Assembly (NCBI RefSeq): GCF_009914755.1
Contig: NC_060947.1
Length of the DNA: 64,000 bases
DNA from: the human T2T-CHM13v2.0 reference genome, Homo sapiens
Strand: one strand, 5' to 3'
This document shows positions 42,227 through 55,260 of this stretch, one piece after another (position 1 is the stretch's first letter; the number at the start of each line of letters is the position of its first letter). Both the position numbers and the translations under genes were made by a program. The notes below the pieces were generated by a model that worked only from the letters and a program-made list of their open reading frames with translations, did not search any database and had not been told where the DNA came from.

Positions 42227-44493
42227 TGACATGGTTTGGCTGTGTCCCCACCCAAATCTCATCTTGAATTTTCATGTGTTGTGGTAGGGACCCAGTGGGG
42301 GGTAATTGAATCATGGGGGTAGGTCTTTCCTGTGTAGTTCTTGTGATAATGAATAAGTCACAAGGGATCTGATGGTTTTATAAAAGGGGGTTTCCTTGCA
42401 CAAGCTTTCTCTCTTTGCCTGCTGCCATCCATGTAAGACATGACTTGCTCCTCCTTGCCTTCTGCCATAATTTTGAGGCCTCCCTGGCCACGTGGAACTC
42501 TAAGTCCATTAAACCTCTTTCTTTTGTAAATTGCCCAGTCTCAAGTATGTCCTTAACAACAGTGTGAAAATGAACTAATACAGTGAATTGGTACCAGTAG
42601 TGTGGGGCACTACTGTAAAGATACCCAAAAATGTGGAAGCAACTTTGAAACTGGGTAACAGGCAGAGGCTGAAATAGTTTGGAGAACTCATAAGAAGACA
42701 GGAAAATGTGAAAAAGTTTGAAACTTCCTAGAGACTTGTTGAATGGCTTTGACCACAATGTTGATAATGATATGGACAATGAAATCCAGGCTGAGGTGGT
42801 CTCAGATGAAGATGAGAAACTTGTTGGGAACTGGAGTAAAGGTGACCCTTGCTGTTTTAGCAAAGAGACTGGGAGTATTTTGTCCCTGCCCCAGAGATTT
42901 GTGCAACTTTGAACTTGAGGGAGATGATTTTGGGTATCTGGCAGAAAAACAAAGTATTCAAGAGGTGACTTGGGTGCTGGTAAAGACATTCAGTTTTAAA
43001 AGGAAGACAGAGCATAAAAGTTCAAAAAATTTGCAACCTGATGATGTGATGGAAAAGAAAAACCCATTTTATGAGGATAAATTCAAGCCGGCTACAGAAA
43101 CTTCCATAAGTAAGGAGAAGCCAAATGTTAATTTCCATGACAATGGGGAAAATGTCTCCAGGGCATGTCAGAGACCTTCACGGCAGCCCCTCCCATCATG
43201 GGTCCAGAAGCCTAGGATGAAAAAATGGTTTCATGGGATGGAGCCAGGACCCCCCTGCTGTGCAGCCTGGGGACTTGGTGCCCTGCATTCCAGACCCTCT
43301 GTGCAGCCTAGGGACTTGGTGCCCTGCATCCCAGCCACTCTAGCCATGGAGAAAAGGGTACAAACTCCAAGCCTTTGCAGCTTCCATGTGGTGTTGATCC
43401 TGAGGGTGCACAGAAGTCAAGATTGAGGCTTTGGAACCTCCACCTGGATTTCAGAGGATGTATGGAAATGCCTGGATGTCCAGGCAGAAGTTTGCTGCAG
43501 GGGTGAGGCCCTCATGGAGAACCTCTGTGGAAGGGAAATGTGGGGTTGAAGCCCCCACACAGTGTTACCACTGGTTGCCTGCCTAGTGGAGCTGTGAGAA
43601 GAGGACCACCATTCTCCAGACCCCAGAATGGTAAATCCCCTGACAGCTTGCACTGTGTGCCTGGAAAAGCCATAGACACTCAACACCAGCCCATGAAAGC
43701 AGTCATGAGGGGAGTTTTACCCTGCAAAGCCACAGGGTGATGCTGCCCAAGACCATGGAAACCCACCTCTTGCATCAGTGTGACCTGGACGTGAGACTTG
43801 GAGTCAAAGGAGATCATTTTTGAGCTTTGAAGTTTGACTGCCTTGCTGGATTTTTGGACACTCTAGATCCTTTAGCCCGTTTATTTTGGCCAATTTCTCC
43901 CATTTGGAATGGCTGTATTTACCCAATACCTATACTCCCATTGTATCTAGGAAGTAACTAACTTACTTTTCATTTTACAGGCTCATAGGCAGAAAAGACT
44001 TGCCTTGTCTCAGATGAGACTTTGGACTGAGGGCCTTTAAGTTAATGTTGAAATGAATTAAGACTTTGGGGGACTGTTGGGAAGGCATGATTGTTTGAAA
44101 TGAAAGGACATGAGATTTGGGAGGGGCAGGAGTGGAAGGATATGGTTTGGCTGTGTTCCCACCCAAATCTTATCTTGAATTCCCATGTATTGTGGGAGGG
44201 ACCCCGTAGGAGGTAATTGAATGAGGAGGGCATGTCTTTCCCATGTTCTTCTCATGATAGTGAATAAGTCCTATGAGATTTGATAGTTTTATAATGGGGA
44301 GTTTCCCAAGAGGAGCTCTCCCTCTTTGCCTGCTGCCATCCATGTAAACTGTGACTTGCTCCTCCTTGCCTTCTGCCATGATTGTGAGGCCTCACCAGTC
44401 ATGTGGAACTGTAAGGCTGTTAAACATTTTTCTTTTGTAAATTTCCCAGTGTCAGGTACGTCTTTATCAGCAGCAAGAAAATAGACTAATACA
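42227..44493 (+). mobile_element. THE1B MaLR provirus: 5' LTR 42227-42582, internal 42583-44137, 3' LTR 44138-44493
   Basis: Two THE1 LTRs, internal ORF remnant LPRDLLNGFD..DMDNEIQAEVVSD, perfect 5-bp TSD acatt. Confidence 0.95.
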
Positions 44494-47400
44494 ACATTGA
44501 TGTGAAAATCCTCAATAAAATACTTGCAAACTGAATCCAGCAGCACATCAAAAAGCTTATCCACCATGATCAAGTTAGCTTCATCCCGGGGATGCAAGGC
44601 TACTTCAACATACACAAATCAATAAATGTGATTTATCACATAAACAGAACTAAAGACAAAAACCACATGATTATCTCAATAGATGCAGAAAAAGCCTTTG
44701 ATAAAATTCAACATCACCACATGTTAAAAGCTCTCAGTAAACTAAGTATTGATGGAACATATTTCAAAATAATAAGAGCCATTTATAACAAACCCACAGC
44801 CAATATCATGCTGAATGGGCAAAAGCTGGAAGCATTCCCCCTTGAAAACTGGCACAAGACAAGAATGCCCTCTCTCACCACTCCTATTCAACATAGTATT
44901 TCAAGTTCTGGCCAGGGCAGTCAGGCAAGAGAAAGACATAAAGGATATTCAAATAGGAAGAGAGGAAGTCAAACTGTCTCTGTTTGCAGATGACATGATC
45001 CTATATCTAGAAAACCCCATCATCTCAGCTCAAAAGCTCCTTAAGCTGATAAGCAACTTCAGCAAAGTCTCAGGATATAAAATTAATGTGCAAAAATCAC
45101 ATGCATTTCTATACATAAACAATAGACAAGCAGAGAGCCAAATCAAAAATGAACTTGCATTTGCAATTGCTACAAAGAGAATAAAGTACTTAGGAATATT
45201 GCTAACAAAGGAAGTGTAAGACCTTTTCAAAGAGGACTACAAACCACTGCTCAAGGAAATAAGAGAGGACACAAACAAATGGAAAAACATTCCATGCTCA
45301 TGGATAGGAAGAATGAATATCATAAAAATGGCCATACTTTCCAAAGTAATTTGTAGATTCAATGCTATTTCCATTAAACTATCATTGACTTTCTTCACAG
45401 AATTAGAAAAACTACTTTAAAGTTCATATGGAATCAAAAACAAGCCCATATAGCCAAGACAATCCTAAACAATAACAACAAAGGTGGAGGCATCATGCTA
45501 CCTGACTTCAAACTATACTACAAGCCTACAGTAACCAAAACAGCATGGTACTGGGACAAAAACAGACACATAGACCAATGCAACAGAATAGAGAACTTAT
45601 AAATAAGACCACACATCTACAACCATCTGATCTTTGACAAACCTGACAAAAACAGGCAATGGGAAAATGACTCTCTATTTAATAAATGATGCTAAGAAAA
45701 CTGGCTATCCATATGCAGAAAATTGAAACTGGACCCCTTCCTTACATCTTATACAAAAATTAAATCAAGATGGATTAAAGATTTAAATGTAAAACCCCAA
45801 ACCATAAAAACCCTAGAAGAAAATCTAGGCAATACTATTCAGGACATAGGCATGGGCAAATAGTTCATGGAAAAAAAAATCACATGCAATTGCAACAAAT
45901 TCAAAAATTGAGAAATGGGATCTAATTAAACTAAAGATTTTTGGACAGCAAAATAAACTATCATCACAATGAACACACAGTCTATGGAATGGGAGAAAAA
46001 TTTGCAATCTATCCATCTGACAAATGTCTTATATCCAAAATCTACAAGGAAGTTAAACAAATGTACAAGTAAGAATCAAACAACCCCATTAAAAAGTGGG
46101 CAAAGAACATGAACAGACACTTCTCAAAAGAAGACACTTATCTAGCCAACAAATATATGAAAAAAAGCTCAACATCACTGATCATTAGAGAATGCAAATC
46201 AAAACAACAATGAGATGCCATCTCATGTCAGTCAGAATGGTGATTATTAAAAAGTCAAGGAACAACATATGCTGGTGAGGCTATGAAAAAATAGGGATGC
46301 TTTTACACCATTGATGGGACTGTAAATTAGTTCAACCATTGTGGAAGACAGTGTGGTAATTCATCACAGCCTAGAACCAGAAATACCATTTAACCCAGCA
46401 GTCGCATTACTGGATATATTCCTAAAAGAATATAAATTATTCCATTATAAAGATACATGCACACATCTGTTAATTGCAGCACTGTTCACAATAGCAAAGA
46501 CATGGAATCAACCCAAATGCACATCAATGATAGACTGGATAAAGAAAACATGGTACATATACATCATGGAATACTATGCAGCCATAAAAAAAATGAGACC
46601 ATGTCCTTTGCAGTAACATGGATGGAGCTGGAAGCCATTAGTCTCAGCAAAATAACATAGAAAGAGAAAACCAAACACCCCATGTTCTCACTTATTAGTG
46701 GGAGCTGAACAATGAGAACACATGGACACAAAGAGTGGAACAATTACACACTGGGTCCTGTCGGGAGGGCTGGGGAAAAGAGAGCATCAGAATAAATAGC
46801 TAATGCATGCAGGGCTTAATACCTAGGTGATGGGTTGACAGGTACAGCAAACCACCATGGCACAGGTTTACCTGTGCAAAAAACCTGCATGTCTTGCACA
46901 TGTATCCTGGAACTTAAAATAAAATATAATTTTTTAAAAAAAGGAAAATTCAGAAATTGTTTTGATAGAGACTTTTGTGGCTTAACAACAGATGTATGTA
47001 TTCAGTTGATAGTTTAAAATACTATATCCTGTTTTCCTTGATTTGTGAATTAAACTGTGAAAGTAAATTTTTAATGACAATATACATATTATTTGATTTC
47101 TCTTTAAACTTAGTCAAATTGTGGATAATATTAATATCTTAAAGTGATATTGACAGAACAAGCTGACTAACCACATATTATTAATAATATTTTAAAACTA
47201 AATTTACATAGTATGTTTTATATCAAGTGATTATTGAATAGATTATTTAAAGTGTTTAGAATTTTTAAATAGCCAGTGAAAATAATTTGAAATAATAGAT
47301 TATAAACACACACAGTGCATTACTTTATGAAAAGCAAGTTACAGACTGAAATAGCTGATTTGGCTTTTTCAGCAGCTTTTTCAAATAAAATATAATTATA

Positions 47401-48184
47401 CCATGATTGATATTCATTTATAAAAAGGATGATAATATTATCACACATTTCTACTTTACTGACATACATCTGTTTTATTATAAATGGGTAATGGTTGTTG
47501 TTCAATGCTTTTCTGCATGTTTAGAGAAGAATATATGGTATTCCTTTTTTATTATTTAAACGTGGTAAATTAAATTGATTGACATTTGAATGTTAACCTG
47601 GAATTTCTCATATAAACCCCACTTTTTCATGCTGCATTATCACGTTAACTTTGCTTGTTTAAATTTGATAATATTTTGTTAAAAATTGCATCAATACTAA
47701 TGAACAACAGTTGTATACAGTTTTTGCTGTTGTTTTTGTTTAGAATATATATGTCTGGTTTTGATATCTGGATAATGCTGGCCTTATAAAAATAATTGGA
47801 AAATGTTTCCCCCTCTATTTTCCAAAATAGTTTTCTTAGCATTTATATTATTTTTTTCTTAAATATTTCATAGAATTGAACAGTGAAATAGGTTGGGCTT
47901 CAAGTTTAATTTGTAAGAATGTTTTAAATAATTCATTTTAATAGCTATAAGTCTATTAAGAAATTTGATTACTTCTTCAGTGTATTTTGGCATTCTGTGT
48001 CTTTCAAAAAATTCTCCATATCATCTGAGTGGTAAAATTTAGTGGTTTAAATTATTTTTATTTGTGTTTTTTTAATGTCTGTAGAATCTGTATGTTTATT
48101 CTTTCACTTGTGATGTTAATTATGTGTGTTTCTCCCATTTTTCTCTTAATCAGCAAAGGTAGACTGTATCAATTTTTACTGCTT

Positions 48185-48496
48185 ATTTATTTATTTATTT
48201 AATTTATTTATTTTGAGATGGCGTTTCACTCTTGTTTCCCAGGCTGGAGTGCAATGGCACGATCTCTGCTCACTGCAACCTCTGACTCCTGGGTTCAAGC
48301 GATTCTCTTGCCTCAGCCTCCCGATTAGCTGAGATTACAGCGACACGCCACCACGCCAGCTAATTTTTGTATTTTTAGTAGAGATAGGGTTTCGCCATGT
48401 TGGCCAGGCTGGTCTCGAACTCCTGACCTCAGGTGATCCTCCTGCCTTGGCCTCCCAACGTGATGGGATTACAGGTGTGAGCCACCGCGCTTGGCT
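48185..48496 (-). mobile_element. AluSq-like
   Basis: (ttta)n tail, gtttcactcttgtt, gtgcaatggc, tcaggtgatcc. Confidence 0.92.
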
Positions 48497-49298
48497 GCTT
48501 TTTTTAAAACAAAGCCATCTTTTGGTTTCACATTTGCTTTATTTTATTTTTCAATTTTTCATTTTATGCTCTTATATATTATTTCCTTACTAACAGTGGA
48601 TCTCTCAGCAGAAACTCTACTTCTGCTTATTTTGGATTTAATGTGATAATTTTTAGGTTTTTTTGGGGTGGAAACAGATTACTTAAGATTTTTTAAAATT
48701 TCTAATACAGCATTGAATGCCACTATTTTCCCTATAATCATTGCTGTAGCAGCATTTCCATACATATTTTTATGTTATGTTTTTATTTCCATTTAATTTG
48801 AGATTTTTTATAATTTTACGTATAATTTCCTCTTTGATCCATGGAATTAAAAAATTATTATTTAATTTCCTATTATTTGGCATTTTTATCAGATAGTTTC
48901 TATTGTTTCCAATTTGACTGCATTGTAGTAAAAGAATCTGTATGATTTCAATCCTTTAACATACACTGGACTTTGTTTAATATCCAGTATATAATCTATT
49001 TTCGTGAATATTTCCTATGAAAGTTAAAAGGATACGCACTGTACTTTGTTGTTGTTGGATGGAGTGTCCTATAAATGTCAATTAGTCTTTCATGGTTGAT
49101 AATGTTGTTCAGGTGTTTTGTATTCTTACTGATCTTTCTGTATACTTGTTCCTATCCAGTACCCAAAGAATAGCATTTGAATTTTCAATATTACAGTGAT
49201 TTTGTCCCTTTCTCCTTTTAGTTTTAATCAGGCTTTATATTAGTAATTTTGAAACTGTATATTGTGCAGACACATTAGGATTTTCATGACTTCTTGAT

Positions 49299-49362
49299 TG
49301 GTTGACTTTTTCATTATATGAAATGACCCTGGTTGACTTTTTCATTATATGAAATGACCCTG
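49299..49362. repeat. Perfect 31-bp tandem duplication
   Basis: tggttgactttttcattatatgaaatgaccc x2. Confidence 0.95.
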
Positions 49363-51006
49363 TTTACTACTGGAGTTATTTCTTATTCTGAGGTCTAAAC
49401 ATTTCATTTTTATATCAACATTACAGCTTTCTTATGCTTAGGGTTTGTCTTATATATCATTTTCTATGTTTTTTGGTTTTAAGCAAATCTATTACTGGTT
49501 AGAGTCAATTCCTTGTAAACAATATATAGTCAAGTGTTACTTTTTAAAACAGTCTGTTAATCCTGACTTTTCATAGATGTGTTTATAGAGTTTACATTTA
49601 ATATACTTACTGACATGTATAGATTGAAATTAATCATTTAGTTATTTGTGTTCTATTTATCCCATCTGTTCTTTCTGCATTTTTCTATTTTCCTGCCTTC
49701 CTTTGAATTAAGTAGTTTTCAGTATTTTAATTTAACCACCATTATTTGCCTCCTGCTTATTTTTAGTGACCAATCTTGCATTTATAATATAAATATAATA
49801 AATTAACATACAGATTTTACTTTATTCTTTATGTATAATATCTGACTGTTTAACACTTTATTTTCATTTGCCCTCTTCTGACTATTGTGTTATTATTGTC
49901 ATAGAATTTATTACCACATATGCTATAAAATACACAATACATTGCTAATGTTTTGTGCTTTGAGTAATTTTATTTTAAAAATTGTTCAATGAGAAAATAT
50001 ATCTTTTGTATGGACCCACAAATTTATTTTTTTTCAACACCATTCATTTTTTAGAGCGGATAAAAGCTTCCATCTGGTGTCATTTTTATTCAGTCTAAAG
50101 AATGTCCTTTAAGAGTTTATGTAACTCGGGTCTGCTGTGGAGGAATTTACTTTAGGCCCAACGTAGTTTTACTTCTAAGGAACAACACTTGAGGATCTCT
50201 ACTGAGAGACATCATGTATTCAGAAGGTCTCCCCATGTTGCACTTTTTAAAATTATAAGTTTCATTTTAGGTTTAGGGATACATATGCAGTTTTGTTATA
50301 TAGGTAAACTGCATGTCATTGGGGCTTGGTGTAGAGATTATTTTAACACCCAGGTAATAAGCATAGTACCCAATAGGTAATTTTTCTGATTCTCTCCCTC
50401 TTCCCACCTTCCACTTTCAAGTGGGCCCCAGTATGTGTTGTTCCCCTCTTTGTGTTCATGTGTTCTCATTGATTAGCTCCTACTTGAGAATGTGTGGTAT
50501 TTGGTTTTCTGCTATTGTGTGAGTTTGCTTAGGATAATGGCCTTTAGCTTCATCCATGTTGCTGCAAAGAACATAATCTAATTCTTTTTCTGGCTGTGTA
50601 GTATCCAATGGTGCATATGGACCATATTTTTTTAATTTAGTTTACTGCAGATAGGTATTTAGGTTGATTCCATATCTTTGCTATTGTAAATATTGCTGCA
50701 ATGAACATACATGTGCATATGTCTTTATGGTAGCACAATTTATATTATTTTAGGTATATACCCAAAATGGCATTGCTGGGTTGAACGGTGATTGTGTTTC
50801 AAGTCATCTGAGGAATTGTTATGCAGGTTTCCACAATGACTGTACTAATTTACAGTCCCACCAGCAGTGTAAAAGCATGCCACTTTCTTCACAACTTCAT
50901 CAGCATCTGTTATATTTTAACTTTAAAAAAATAATTGCCATTCTGACTGGTGTTAGTATCTCTTTTTGCTTTTGATTTGCATTTATCTAATGACTAGTGA
51001 TGTTGA

Positions 51007-51410
<404 letters not shown>

Positions 51411-53684
51411 GCCCACTTTTTAATGGGGTGATTTGTTTTTTGTTTTTGTTGTTGTTGTTGTTTTTTGGCTTATAAATTTGTATAAGTGTCTTATGGATTC
51501 TGGAATTTAGATGTTTTCTGGATGCATAATTTGAAAATATTTTTTCCCATTGCATAGGTTGTTTGTTTATGCTGTTGATAGTATCTTTTGCTGTGCAGAA
51601 GCTCTTTAATTGAGTTAAGTCCTCTTTGTCAATTTTTGCTTTTGTTCCAATTGCTTTTGGTAAATTCTTCATAATATCTTTATCAGTTCCTATGTCCAGA
51701 ATGGTATTTCTTACGTTATCTTCCAGAGATTTTCATTTTAGGTTTTATGTTTAAGTATTTAATCGATCTTGAATTTATTCTTATATGTAATGTAAGACAG
51801 GGGTCATTTTAATCTTTTGCATATGGCTAGCCAGTTATCCCAGGACCATTTATTGTATAGGGAGTCCTTTCTCTATTGCTTGCTTTGATGAACGTTGTCA
51901 AAGATCAGATGATTGTAGGTGTGCAGCATTATTTCTAGGCTCTCTATTCTGCTCCATTTGTCTATGTGTATATTTTGGTACTAGTCTCTTTTGCTTATTG
52001 TAGCCTTCTAATATAGTTTGAAGTCAAGTAAGATAATGTCTCCAGCTTTGTTTGTTTGTTTGTTTGTTTTTGTTTTGTTTTTTGCTTAGGATTGCCTTGG
52101 CTATTCAGGCTTTTTTTTGTTCCATATAATTTTTAAAATGCATTTTTGCTAATTCTGTGCAGAACATCATTGGTGGTTTGATGGGAATAGCATTAAAACT
52201 ATAATCGCTTTGGGCAATATTGTCATTTTAACAATATTGATTCTTTCCTCACATGAGACTGGAATGTGTTTTCATTTGTTTGTGCAATTTCTTATTTCTC
52301 AGAGCAGTGTTTTGTAGTTCTTTTTGTAGACATAATTTGCCTCCCTGGTTAGCTGTATTCCCAGGTATTTAGTTCTTTCTATGGCAATTTTGAATGAAAT
52401 TACATTCCTGATCTGAGTCTCAGCGTATGTTGTTGGTGTTCACAAATGCTACTAATTTTTGTGCACTGATTTTATATCCTGAAACTTTGCTGAAGTTGTT
52501 TCTCACCTGATGGAGCTTTTGAACCAAGACTATGGGATTTTCTGGATATAGAGTGATGTCATCTTCAAATGAGGATAATCTGGCTTTTTATTTTCCTATT
52601 TGGGTGCCATTTGTTTCTTTATCTTTCCTGATTGCTCTGGAAGGGACTTTCAGTATTATGTTGAATAGGAGTGGTGATAGAAGCCATCCTTATCCTTTTT
52701 TTTGTTTTCAAGAGGAACGCTTCCAACTTTTTTCCATTCAATATAATGTTGTGTGTGGGTTTGTCATAGATGGCTTTTTATATTTTGAAGTATGTTCCTT
52801 TAATGCCAAATTTATTGAGAGTTTTTAATATAAATAGATCCTCAATGTTATTGAAAGACTTTTCATCTATTTAGGTGATCATGTGGTTTTTATTTTTAGT
52901 TCTGTTTATGTGATGAATCACATTTATTGATTTGTGTATGTTGAATCAACCTCACATCCCAGGTATAAAGCCTACTTTATCTTTGTGGACTTGTTTTTCT
53001 TGTGCTGCTGGATTCAATTTGCAGGTATTTTTTTGAGGATTTTTGTATCTTTGATCATAAAGGATATTGGCCTGACATTTTTGTTTGTTTGGTCTCTACC
53101 AGGTTTTAATATCAGAATGATGGTGGCCTCATAGAAAGAATTGGGGAGGAGTACCTGCTTGTAAACGTTTTATAATTTTAGTAGGAAATGTTATCAATTC
53201 TTTATATATTTGGTTGAATTTGGCTGTGAATCCATCTGGTCATGGGCTTTTTCTGGTTGGTAGGCTTTTTACCACTGATTCAATTTTGAAACTTGTTATT
53301 GTTCTGTTCAGAAATTAAATTTCTTTCTGGTTCAGTCTTGAGAATTTGTACGTGTCCAAGAATTAATTTATTTTTTCTAGGTTTTCTTGTTTGTGTGCAT
53401 ATGGATGTTTGTAGTAGTTTCTGAGGGTTCTTTGTAATTCTTAATGTCCTCTTTGGCATTTCAAATTGTATTTATTTGTAATATCTCTCTTTTTTATTTA
53501 TTACTCTTGCTAGTGGTCTATTTTATTGATTTTTCAAAGAATAAACTCCTAATTCATTAATCTTTCATATGGTTTTTCATGTCTAAATTTCCTGCAGTTT
53601 GGCTCTGAAGTTGGTTATTTGTCATCTTCTTCTGGCTTTGGGGTTGATCTGCTGTTGATTCTTTTAGTCCTTTAGTTGTGATAT

Positions 53685-54758
53685 TGTTACGGGAAGTCAG
53701 GGACCCCAAACGGAGGGACCGGCTGAAGCCATGGCAGAAGAATGTGGATTGTGAAGATTTCATGGACATTTATTAGTTCCCCAAATTAATGCTTTTATAA
53801 TTTCTTATGCCTGTCTTTACTGCAATCTCTAAACATAAATTGTGAAGATTTCATGGACACATCACATCCCCAATCAATACCCTTGTGATTTCCTAGGCCT
53901 GTCTTTACTTTAATCTCTTAATCCTGTCATCTCGAAAGCCGAGGAGGATGTATGTCACCTCAGGACCTGTGATAATTGCATTAACTGAACAAATTGTAGA
54001 GCATGTGTGTTTGAACAATATGAAATCTGGGCACCTTTAAAAAAGAACAGGATAACAGCAATATTTAGGAAACAAGAGAGATAACCTTAAACTCTGACCG
54101 CCAGTGAGCCGAGCAGAACAGAGCCATATTTCTCTTCTTTCAAAAGCAAATGGGAGAAATATCGCTGAATTCTTTTTCTCAGCAAGGAACATCCCTGGGA
54201 AAGAGAATACATGCCTGGGGGTAGGTCTATAGACGGCCCCCTGGGTGTGGCCATCTTCTATGGTCTGTAGACTGTAGGGGTGAAATAGACCCCAGTCTCC
54301 CATAGTGCTCCCAGGCTTATTAGGAAGAGGAAATTCCCGCCTAATAAATTTTGGTCAGACGGGTTGCTCTCAAAACCCTGTCTCCTGATAAGATGTTATC
54401 AATGACAATGGTGCCCAAACTTCATTAGCAATTTTAATTTTGCCCCAGTCCTCTGGTCCTGTGATCTCGCCCTGCCTCCATTTGCCTTGTGATATTCTAT
54501 TACCTTGTAAAGTACATGATCTTTGTGACCAACACCCTATTCGTACACTCCCTCCCCTTTTGAAAATCCCTAATAAAAACTTGCTGGTTTTTGTGGCTTG
54601 TGGGGCATCACGGAACCTACCGACATGTGATGTCTCCCCCGAATGCCCAGCTTTAAAATTTCTCTCTTTTGTACTCTGTACCTTTATTTCTCAAACCGGC
54701 CGACGCTTAGGGAAAATAGAAAAGAACCTATGTGACTATCGGGGCAGGTTCCCCGATA
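53685..54758 (+). mobile_element. MER11B/C (HERV-K11, HML-8) solo LTR
   Basis: tgttacgggaagtcagggacccc ... aataaaaacttgctgg ... ggggcaggttccccgata, 1074 bp; perfect 6-bp TSD tgatat. Confidence 0.92.
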
Positions 54759-55260
54759 TGATATGAGGGTGTTAATGTGAGATCTTTCTTTTTGATGTGA
54801 ACATTTAGTGCTATGAACTTCCTTCAGAACACTTTCTTAGCTATGTCCCAGAGATTCTGGTGTATCTTTATTCTCATTAGTTTCAAAGAACTTCTTGATT
54901 TCTGACTTAATACCATTAGTTATTCAAAAGTCATTCAGTAGCAAGTTATTTAATTTCCATGCAATTCTATGATTTTGAGCAATTTTATTAGCATTGAGTT
55001 TTATTTTTATTCCACTGTGGTCTGATAATATGGTTGGTATGATTTTGATTTTTTTGAATTTGCTGAGGTTTGTTTTATGGCAGATTATATGGTTAATTTT
55101 AGAGTATGTACCATATGGTAATAAGAAGAATTTATATTTTGTTGTTTCCAGTGGAGAGTTCTGTAGAGTTCTATAAGATCCATTTGGTCTAGTGTTGGGC
55201 TCAGGTCCTCAATATCTTTGTTAGCTTTCTGCCTTGATGATCTAATAATTTAAGTGGAGT

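Larger units (their letters stand above)
47495..50170 (-). mobile_element. Ancient L1M (L1ME-like) ORF2 5' half and upstream region
   Basis: Degenerate antisense ORF2 (47645..47842 peptide LFWKIEGETFSNYFYKASI); boundaries approximate. Confidence 0.7.

Noticed and set aside
42378-43426. 203-aa and 227-aa ORFs
   Set aside because: THE1B LTR/internal sequence; antisense or frameshifted pieces of the decayed MaLR ORF.
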